From the NCBI GenBank assembly GCA_003971905.1, contig RSEE01000074.1, positions 310,001-355,896 of the forward strand: a stretch of DNA of 45,896 nucleotides, given 5' to 3'. Origin of the DNA: Moniliella sp. 'wahieum' (Eukaryota). The position numbers and the translations under genes were made by a program. Under the pieces are notes generated by a model. That model saw nothing but the letters and a program-made list of their open reading frames with translations, made no database searches and was not told the DNA's origin. Of the stretch, positions 36,902 to 45,896 are shown one piece after another. The first letter of the stretch is position 1, and each line of letters starts with the position of its first letter.

Positions 36902-39900
36902 TTAGGCAAGCCGCAGCGCGTCGACCAGTAGCTGGTCCAATGCTTGGTCCACCTGCTTCAGGTCCTTGTCCATCTGCAGGTACCGCGCCGAGATGGGGGG
37001 AGGCGACACGCCCGCGCCGCGCCATTGGGCGAGGCCAGGGTGACCACGGTGCTCAGGGGCGGGGCAAATAGATGGACAAGCATCGCCTCTGGTCCGCCCA
37101 TTCCGCCGACTTGTAGCGCTTGCTCGGCCTTGATCGACTGAATGTCGGGCCAGGCACCGTCCGAGAAGGTGGATGACCACCCAAGTGTCGGGGTCATCTC
37201 TACCATTCGAGAGATGCGCCGGCTTGTCCCCATAAAGCTGCGCGAGTCGCGCTTGGACAGCGAAACGGCGCTGCCTGGTCGCACGGACGGGTGAGCAGCC
37301 GCGTCCATCACGGCATACAGATGGTCAGGCTCAGGGGCCCAGCGTGCTCCCAGCCCCTGAGCGACGACCGGTCCCATCCGAAGGGGGAGGGGTCGAGACG
37401 TCGGTCTTGGTGACACCGCCTTGTGAACTCAAAGTCCGCCGATGACCAACGGATCCGGCCGGCGCAGTGACAGGTGTTATGCGACTTGAGATAGGGGACG
37501 GGCAGAAGAGTTGGGCGGGGAAGCAAAGGACGGCGACATCACCTGTTGTGACCGAATCGAGCCTGACCCGCCCGAATGCGTGACGCGGTGACCGGCGAAG
37601 CTGGAGGGCGGGCGTTCGAACAACAGGGTTGGAGACACTGCGTGTACTCCCCAATCCAGACATTGGCACAGGCGCCGAAGGAGGCGCCGAAGCAGACACC
37701 GAAGCAGACGCAAGGGAGGCGAGGGGCTCGAGGCCGCTCTTACGGCCGCCACCCCAGCAGCCGCCCCAGCGGCCAAAGCGCCCGCACCAGCCGCCACAGT
37801 CCCAGCGTGCGCGTCCTCCTGACCAGGAGTAGAACTCGGGGCGGGGCTGGCCGAAGTAGAGATGTATGCGCCTGGCACATCCAGGACCGACGTGGCAGCA
37901 GACCTGTCCTCACCCTGTTTTGCCTCATTTGGTTCCGTCAACAGTTTCTGTGTCCGCCCCGGACCCTGGAAGAGGAGGGCGACGGGGGGTGAGTGGTGCG
38001 ACAGGTTCCAGAGCAGAAGTGGGGTTGTACCTCGGTAGCATGGTCGGAAATGTGGCCAGAAGGCAAGGCAGAGCTCTCCTCACCCACATCGCTTTGTGTG
38101 GTCATGGCTGCAATCGAGCAAATCCCATGTCCTGGGAGGAAGGACGGGGGGACGAGCCGTGCGTGTCCTCCTCCGTTCCGTCCATCACATGGTCCAGGAT
38201 GACATTGATATCGTCGCCGTCGTCGTCGTCAGAGGCAAAAGGGTCACGACCTAAGTTGGTGGGATCCTGGTCAACAGTATTGGCTTCTCGATTCTCTCCC
38301 CGTGCCGAGGAAGCAACAGCAGCCGTGCTGGCACCACCTGCCGCTTCAAGTGCCAAAGCACGAGCTTTAGCACGCTGAGCCACGATCATTTCATGTGTCC
38401 GCTCTTGCGCCGTGGCGGAATGAGGCTGCTCATTGGAAGCCTGAGTGGGAGGCTGTGGTGCCTCCTGACCCAAGGGAGCCGAGCTAGAGACTGCCTTGTT
38501 AGGGTCCCGCATACTGGTCTCGCTGCTCCCCGCATCCCGCATCATCGAGTCAGAGTAGGTCCGAACCAAATCGAGTTGGCTCCTACGCTGGGCATCGCGC
38601 TTGGATGCCAATGCCCGCTCGGTCGGACTCCAAGCCCGAGCGGTACGACTGATGGGTGCACTGAGGCTCGATTGAATGTGCTGTTGTTGTCGGAGAATAA
38701 GGACAGGGTCGGTGTTGCGCATGTCAGCTAGATGGTGAGCATCGTGCTGTCCAAGCTTCGACGATCCATCCCGCTGGACGAGTCGCGTGCAACGTTGCGC
38801 AGAGCAGGGGGCGATGGAAACGCCTCATATACCACCGAGTTGGGGCGAAGGTGCTGCTCGTTGTCGCCAGTGTCAAGCGTCAAGCCATAAGGGATCGTCA
38901 CCTCGTCCTCCTCATCCATGCCGCCTGGTTTCCTCCTCATCTCCTCCTTCAACAACACCTTGAGGGATGCCAAACTTTTCTAGGGCCAGTTCAATCGCTT
39001 CGGCAACGGTTGTGGTGCGCGGGATAGCCAGCACCTTTTCTCGATAACGCGGGTTGACATCCGATTGACCGCGATTTGTGCTCCCTGAGCTCCCGTGACG
39101 GGAAAGGCTGGAGAGCATGGTCCGACGCACAATGGCGGAACTAGATGGGTCAAAGGCGAGGGAACGAGGCAGCTCGTCGGGGAAAATGAGGACGCGCACA
39201 CCGAACCGCATTGCCGCTTCCGTGTCCGCTGGCCTAGGTGGCCCTGTAGAAGATGCCGCGACCGAATGAGCAGATCCACTGTTACCATGCCAGGACGAGT
39301 TCGGCGCGTGAAAGAACTTGACGGCATGGTCGTCGCTGAAAATGGTTGAGCTTGGTAATGGCCGACTTGGCGCTCAGATTGGACGCCACAGATGATATGG
39401 AGCCAACGCTGGAGCGCCGGACGGAGGGCATGAGCGCATTAGCCTCGTGCTCAGTAATGTGTTCATAAACCTTGAGTGGGACCTCGTCGGGGGCGAGAAT
39501 ACGCTCCTCCCCATCGACCATGCGCATCAGCAGGGCGAAGTCAACCGGGCCATCGGTACCAAGGCCATCTCCGCTCGTACTAGTGGACTGAGCTGAACGA
39601 CGGCGAATACCAAACCGCTGAACTGCCTGCTTGACGATCTCGTGTGCTGTCGTCGTATCGTTGAGAAGGACGGTCTTGTACGTTGCGCTGATATCGAGTT
39701 CAGGAGCGGCAAAGACGCGCAACACGTTGAGCATCGGCACCGATACGTCGCCTCGAGGGATAACCAAGCTACCGGGCCGAGGCCGTCCGGAACCTGAAGC
39801 GGACGGCCCGCCGGACCCGGACGATGGAACCCCTCCATAGATGGACAAATGACGGCTATTGTCAGGCTGCAAGGACGTCCGCGGCGATCGCGGTGGCACG

Positions 39901-41912
39901 GCGTCTTCCGATGGGGCTGTGGAAATGCTCATCTGCGGGGCGTCATGGGAGTTTGACACACTGATGGAAGGCAGCTGGGCCGGCCCATCGCCGAATCTGT
40001 TTCTTGAGACTGCAGGCTCCCCGACGAGGAAGCTTGGCTTGCACGGCGTTCCTTCTTATGCCGGGAGAAGATCCCAAACACGCTGGACCGCTTTTTGCTC
40101 TGTTTCTCGGCATTGGCCGACCCTGAGCCTGTGTCCGAGATCACAGAGCCAATGCTGTCGCGAGAACGCATACCAACTTCCTGGCTCGGCGAAGTCTCCC
40201 GCGGATCGGGGGAAAACGTGCCCCAGCATCGATTGTCCGGGGGTAAAGTTCTCGCCTCCAGTACTGGCTTGGGCTCGCCCTCTTGCGCGAGCTGTGAGGT
40301 CAAATCCGTAGACTGCTGCTGCTGCTGTTGCTGCAGCAGCTGTTGTTGCTGCATCTGTTGCTGCTGCGTCTGTTGTTGCTGACTCCACTGGAAGTATTGC
40401 TGCTGCTGGGACAATTCCGTAGGCTGCAGTTGTTGTTGGTGCTGCTGCGTTTGTTGCTGCTTGTTGCGTTTGCTGCGCTTGTTGCTGCTGATGTTGCTCG
40501 AAATATTGCTGCTGGGGCCATGGGAGTTGGCCCTTCTTGAGCCAACAAGGTTTGCTGCTGCTGCTCTTGTTGAGCGTAGTGCTCCTGCTCACGAGAGAGC
40601 TCAGGGTGCGCATCCTGAGCGGAATTTTGGAGCGCATACGGACCCTGGGTGTAATCCACCCCACCCGTTTGGTAAAGCTGAGCACTGCTGTCCGAGTCGC
40701 GGCTCGTATCGGGCACTTGGCCATATGCAGCATAGTGGGCGAGTTGCTGTTGTTGCTCCAAGTAAGCATTGTGATGTTGCTGTTGCAATATCATACGCTG
40801 TTCAGGTGTCAAATTGTCCATCTCGGACACATCTCTCGCATCAGCTTCTCCCCGCCCTCCATCTCGCTGTCATTTCGTTTTCGTGTTCATCTTCCTCCTC
40901 GTTTCCTTCCTCGTCGTCGTAGTAACCCTCCTCATCCGACTCGGACCATTCCTCGTGATCACTCAGCTCAAGCACGGTCGAGTTGCCAAACATAACGGTA
41001 GACTTGCGCCGATCGGACAAGGGTGTGGGCATCTTCCCAGCCAATCGGGTTGAGAGCGCCGATAGCTTGCCCGAGGAAGGGTGGAGCTGGACGCGGTGCT
41101 CCCGGGTCTTGACCAAATACGAAGAGTGAACGTTCTCCTCTACTTGCACCTGGTCCGCCGCTGTCGCCGAAGAGAGGCCGACGTTACGATGCTTGTTGAG
41201 GCGGGCCAGACGCTCAAAAGGACTCTCAATGTTTTCGGCAGGGATGTAGCCGACTTCCTGAGTGGGTAAGACCCGCACTAGCCACCTGGGTAAAACAAAC
41301 GAGTCAGCACAACGAACGGTAGTGGTCCAGAGGTTCCACCTACCAGTACGAATTCGAGTCGTCGAGCAGCCTCAGGCTATTTCCCTTTTGCACCGTCGCT
41401 TGGCCCTCGACGGTAGCATAAAGTTGTGCAGGGCATAAACCAAATCAAAGTCAATGTTCTCGTCCGGGATGGAAGGGGAGGAGGAAAGGTCGTCGTCCTC
41501 GTCATAGTCGGCATCGTCGTCGATTTCATCTTCATCTTCGTAGTCATACTCGCCGCCGGCATACTGGGCAGCATACTGGGGGTCGTAGTCACCCACATAT
41601 TCATCCGGAGTAAGTTCCATGCTAGTGTCCATGCGGGGGTCCACGCCAGTCATGGTCGTGGCCTGGGGATCGAGGGTAGAGACATAGTTGGCATGGACTT
41701 CACCGCCAGAGCGGGGTTCTGGGCATACGCGTGGGCGCTCTGGTCTGCGAGGGAAATGGGATCGAGTTGGGCGTGAAGGCCAGCCTGGGCCTGGAGAGCA
41801 GCACCTTGGCGGCCTGGTTGTGGGCGCCAAGCTGGGCGGCTTGGGCAGTGTCGAGGGTGAGTCCATATGCCTGGGGCTGACCAGCAGCGGGGGCAGTGGC
41901 AGCCGAAGCCAT
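36902..41912 (-). CDS. TEA4: Tea4/Bud14-like polarity protein: SH3, polyQ and two Ras-association-like domains (intron ~41287-41341; frameshifted)
   Basis: DIDFD-like ENIDFDLVYALHNF..., DDSNSYW|WLVR, GYIPAENIESPFERLARLNKHRN (Bud14/Tea4 signature); VLRVFA..ATYKTVLLNDTTTAHEIVKQAVQRF and REKVLAIPRTTTVAEAIELALEKFGI; C-terminal coiled coil. Confidence 0.85.
40312..40570 (-). repeat. CAG/CAA polyglutamine tracts within TEA4
   Basis: Mixed (CTG/TTG)n on the + strand encoding QQQQ runs. Confidence 0.85.
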
Positions 41913-42629
41913 GGTGTGGTGGCAGCGGCTCGGAGCAGGCAGCTGCGATGGTGGTGGTGGTGGTGGTAGCTGGCCAATGGCGCTCCACGGCGGAAAGCGC
42001 GACGTGACCGGACTGGTTTGGAGGCACTCGGCAGCCAACTCGGACACTAGCACACTGTCCCTCAGGCCTCACCTGTCCCATTCCGCTCTCCGTCTCTGAC
42101 CGTTGTTCCGCCAGCCGGCCCTGTCACGCGTCACGTGCCACCCTGGCTCCCGGCCCCATATCACACTAGTCCCTGCGGCTCGTCTCTTCCCCCCTGGAGT
42201 TTGGAAGTGCCTAATCCAGAAGCATCCGACATGGGCGAGGGCCCAGTTAGATGGGACCAAGCAAGGTGGATAGAAGTCAACGCAGAGCAGGTGCAGACAA
42301 CTGAGGGGGGAGATCCAAACGAGGAGACAAAGCTACACCCCCCTGTGGTGGTTGTCTGTCACATGTGCCTACCAAGAAGCCAGTGGCCCACCGTTCAACG
42401 TGCATGATGACAGGAACGCAGGAACACAGAATGGAAAGTGAATGATAGGAGCTGGATGCATCATCATCAGTGCTGGCCACTGCGGTCGAAATGACTGCAA
42501 GGAAGAGAAAACCAAATATTATGGCATTGCAGATACGGTGGTAGATGACCCCCCACCTAGGTGTACGTCTGTGTACAGGAGGCGAGGGGCGAGAGGGCAG
42601 CGGGGAAGATGCGACCGGATGCTTGTCCT

Positions 42630-43149
42630 CTAGGCACTGCCCGGGGCTTTGACCATCGCAGCAACACACTCAATTTCAATGCTAACGTCGAGAGGAAGAC
42701 GTGCGACCTCGACAGCAGAGCGGGCAGGCTTGTGGCCTTCAAAAGCCTAATATGGGGAAACATGACAGGTCAGTATGAGGGATGGTACTAAGCATGCAAG
42801 GCAATCGGGGTGAGGCAGAGAAATATCCCATGCACGCACCTGCTCGTATACAGCATTGATTCGCTTAAAGTGTTCCATGTTCTTGATGAACACCGTCGTC
42901 TTTAGCACCGACGATTTTTCTGCCCCAGCGGCCTTAAGCACAGCAAACAAGTTTTGAACACCTGCTCCGTCTGCTTCTCAATCACTCCAGGCGCCGAAGC
43001 ATCTCCCTCGCCACCTCGACCAATTTGCCCGTTGGGTCGAGCGGAATGCAGCCGGAAACATAGGCGGTCTGAGTGGCCTCGTGCACAATGACCTGGGAGT
43101 AGGGACCCAAAGCGGCTGGTGCGTCAGGGGTACTGTAGGCGGTAGGCAT
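42630..43149 (-). CDS. RidA/YjgF/YER057c family enamine/imine deaminase (Hmf1/Mmf1-like; one intron ~42750-42839)
   Basis: APAALGPYSQ, YVSGCIPLDP, VLKTTVFIKNMEHFKRINAVY, KPARSAVEVARLPLDVSIEIECVA (catalytic Arg in PAR); no obvious mitochondrial presequence. Confidence 0.92.
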
Positions 43150-43528
43150 GGTGGGAAAGAGGGTGGATGGCACGACCAACAAACAGTGATGGGTGGGGGG
43201 CAGTCAGGCAAGCCTTCTTTCTGATCGACCAGAGCAGAGTGGGATGCATGAGGACCGGGCCGTGCGCCGGACATGTGTTGCACCGAAGAGAGACACGCTG
43301 TCGGAGCTCCCAGCACACGCCCTGGGGCTAGCCGACTTGACCAAGGCCAAGATAAAGGGGATCAGTCATAGGTCACAGGCTAGCACGGCCTGGTCAGGAC
43401 TCCTTCCTATCCCACTCAGAGTATCCATTAATTAGCTACCGTCCATCCATTTGAGGAGATTCAGAGCTAGTGAACTTGACTTGATGGAGCAAAACGGCAA
43501 GAAAAAAGAATGGACGCCCGTGTCGGGT

Positions 43529-43609
43529 CGAACGACGCAGGGGTCGAACCTGCAACCTCCTGATTACAACCAGTCGTAGTCAGACGCGCTACCATTGCGC
43601 CAGCCGTCC
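43529..43609 (-). tRNA. tRNA-Arg(ACG) with a 9-nt intron
   Basis: GGACGGC-TG-GCGC-AATGGTA-GCGC-G-TCTGA-CT-ACG-A-[CTGGTTGTA]-A-TCAGG-AGGTT-GCAGG-TTCGACC-CCTGC-GTCGTTC-G; T6 terminator ~20 nt downstream. Confidence 0.93.
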
Positions 43610-43889
43610 TTATAACAAGGATAACGGAAGAACACATACACATACACCATCGAAGAAGGAGAGATCTGGATTGGCTCGCCATTGGGCCCGTTGCGGCTTG
43701 TACCACCACACCACCCCTTTTCAATCCTGCCTGTCATCCCTATGTGCCATCTGCGAGAGTAAGACATGTCCACGGTACACCCATTCCCGAAGTATACTGT
43801 CCATCTTCCTGGATACAAAATCATAGCAGTGCATAAGTACAGTACCTTCGCCTGACTTGGGCATATGCCCAGGCCAGCGGTAGCCCGAT

Positions 43890-45896
43890 TCAGCATCCCC
43901 CGCACCCGCCTCCTCCTCCGCCACCGCCACCGCATCCACCGCCACCGCCACCGCCTCCGCATCCACCGCCGCCGCCTCCTCCCACATCCACCAGCTGAGG
44001 AGCACGCGCTGAATCCACCCACCGAGCGCATGCACCACCGTTCCCACACCCGCCCGCGCCCAGCACCCCCACAGGCCCCCGCCACACATGCGCCCACACT
44101 TCCGGCGCCCATGGCAGCACACGCAGGGTTGCACGGGTACATGCCCGATCCTGAGCCGGCGGTGATGCATGGGTCGGGGTAGTAAGGGGCGTAGTAGGGC
44201 ATGTAGATCGGGTAGATGCCCCAGGCCATCGCGGTGGCTTCCGACTCGCCCCGCCTGCGTTTCTCGTCGGGCGAGGCGACAAGTAAGCCGCGCTTGTGCA
44301 AGCGCCGTTGGGCAGCCTCGGCCTTGGATACGAGCCGACGATGGCGTACTTCTTCTTTGCGCAACGCCGCACGTCTCCCTCGGTCGGCACAGCGTTGTGG
44401 GCCGAGATGTGGGCGTTGCGTTCGGGATTGTCATGGTGGACGTTGGGATTGGAATGGAGAGCGTCCGAGTTGGTTCGTGCGTGCGAGGCGGTGGAGGAGG
44501 AAAATAAGAGGGCAGGTGAAACGCGGCTGGTCTGGCCTTCCCGGACCGCTTCGCAGTACCAACACGTACACTCCGAGTAGGGCTGACCATTGGTCAACTT
44601 GGTATAGCGCTTCGACGTCAACTCAAACGCATCGCTCAACCGACCTGAGGACCTTGTCGTCATGGTTGATCATCCGCTGCATATGGTGCACCGTGTAACA
44701 ATAGTACCGTGCTGGGGCGAGCTGATGCGTGTGCCAGGCCAAGTCGACGTCAAGCGTCGGCACCGCCATGTCACCAGGGTACTTCTTCATGATCAAGAGA
44801 AAGACTGAGTACTTGTCGATCAGACGCGTCATGGTTTGGTCCAATGCAGGCGAGTGCAACCAATCAATCTCGTCCATCTTGCGGACAAACGTTCCTTGGC
44901 GCAACACGGCCCCCACCAAGTCCAACCCAAACGGAGACGAATTTTCCCAGTACCGCGACATCATGGACCGAATGCTGACGCGCCGTGCAATGGCCACATC
45001 CCGCCGGACTGGTTGGGAGCCTCCTACCTTACGTAGCGTCGCACGAGAGGCGCACCCTTTTCGAGCACATACCGCACGTCGTTGATGGTAAGGTGGGGGT
45101 AGGCATTGAAGTCGAGCTTTTCTCCCAACGTCATTGGGACCCCGTCCAACAAAAAGTGGCTCCCATACGACTGTCGCATCACCATCGACGGCTCGTGCGG
45201 CGGATGCCCATCAAACGGGAGAATGGTCCCAGGCATGGCAACCTTGGCCGTGAAAGTTGACTGTAATCGGCACGGAACTTGGCCATCCGCAGATCATCGT
45301 GCGTATGCGATAGCTGCATGACGCGCAGTTAACAAGAAAGTTCGTATCGGTAAACCCTTGGTAGCATCGAACCACGGCTTTCGAGTTGCCCAAGGGCCCC
45401 CGGTGGCCCAGGGGACTTCCTGCTGTTGTGTGCAGCGCGGACACTGGATCTTCTTGCCTCTCATCTTGTTGGTTGCGCCAGAGACAGCCAGTGGCCTGTT
45501 CGAAAGCCTCAGCGCCTCGGCGGGAGGGAGGTAATCGAGCGAATCGTTGATGCAGGCGTCAATCAAAGCCCAGGGGAACCCCACGTTCCATACCCGCATG
45601 TGGGCCGTACGGAGACAGTCTTCGAGATAGGTAATTGGATTGAGGCAGAACGCGTGCCAGACCATCAACACGTCGAGGGGCGGTAAGTTGTTCTTGGTCC
45701 ACAGTGGCGGGTCGGATGATGTCCTGGTACTCTTCATGGCATCGGCCAAACCAGTGGGATGGTCGACAGTCCACTGTGATCACAGGCCCCGATGACGGCA
45801 AGCAGTACTCCAAATCGCTCGAACCGATCGGCCGCTCGCGCCACATACACTACGCCCACCGTTTCTCCGCATCACGCGAGGGCCTTGTTGCGATCG
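43890..45896 (-). CDS. Glycine-rich domain-containing protein (GRDP/DUF1399-like), 5'-truncated, frameshifted
   Basis: LPPLDVLMVWHAFCLNP, YWENSSPFGLDLVGAVLRQGTFVRKM, VPTLDVDLAWHTHQL, HDDKV, YSECTCWYCE, HISAHNAV; C-terminal GGGGCGGGG tail. Confidence 0.88.

Noticed and set aside
42277..42669. Small TM-containing ORF between TEA4 and the RidA gene
   Set aside because: It overlaps the RidA stop/3' UTR, has a non-ATG start and shows no family signature.

Overview
Eukaryotic, GC-rich fungal DNA, most likely a basidiomycete (inferred from short GT-AG introns with CTAAC/CTGAC branch points and the Tea4-type SH3+RA protein). Nearly every gene is broken by 1-nt indels, which look like uncorrected long-read errors, so CDS coordinates are approximate. 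Genes in order: a DHX57/YLR419W-type DEAH helicase (5'-truncated), a small single-pass membrane protein, a GPI-type fasciclin, SEC17, a C2H2 transcription factor, a hypothetical ORF, a bHLH factor, an m-AAA protease, a MATE transporter, ATP20, MGM1, Tea4/Bud14, a RidA-family protein, an intron-containing tRNA-Arg(ACG) and a GRDP/DUF1399 protein (5'-truncated). The most interesting material is non-genic. (1) A 146-bp TG...CA solo LTR with a perfect 5-bp target-site duplication (TSD) carries a full tRNA-like cloverleaf. It sits inside a second ~155-bp TG...CA repeat whose empty-site copy lies 13 kb away. (2) An unknown protein-coding sequence occurs twice, in inverted orientation. (3) Intergenic DNA is full of 7-bp-periodic arrays built as [TNA][any 4-bp palindrome]. 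(4) Decayed hAT and Ty1/copia relics lie in a ~9.5-kb gene-free stretch.
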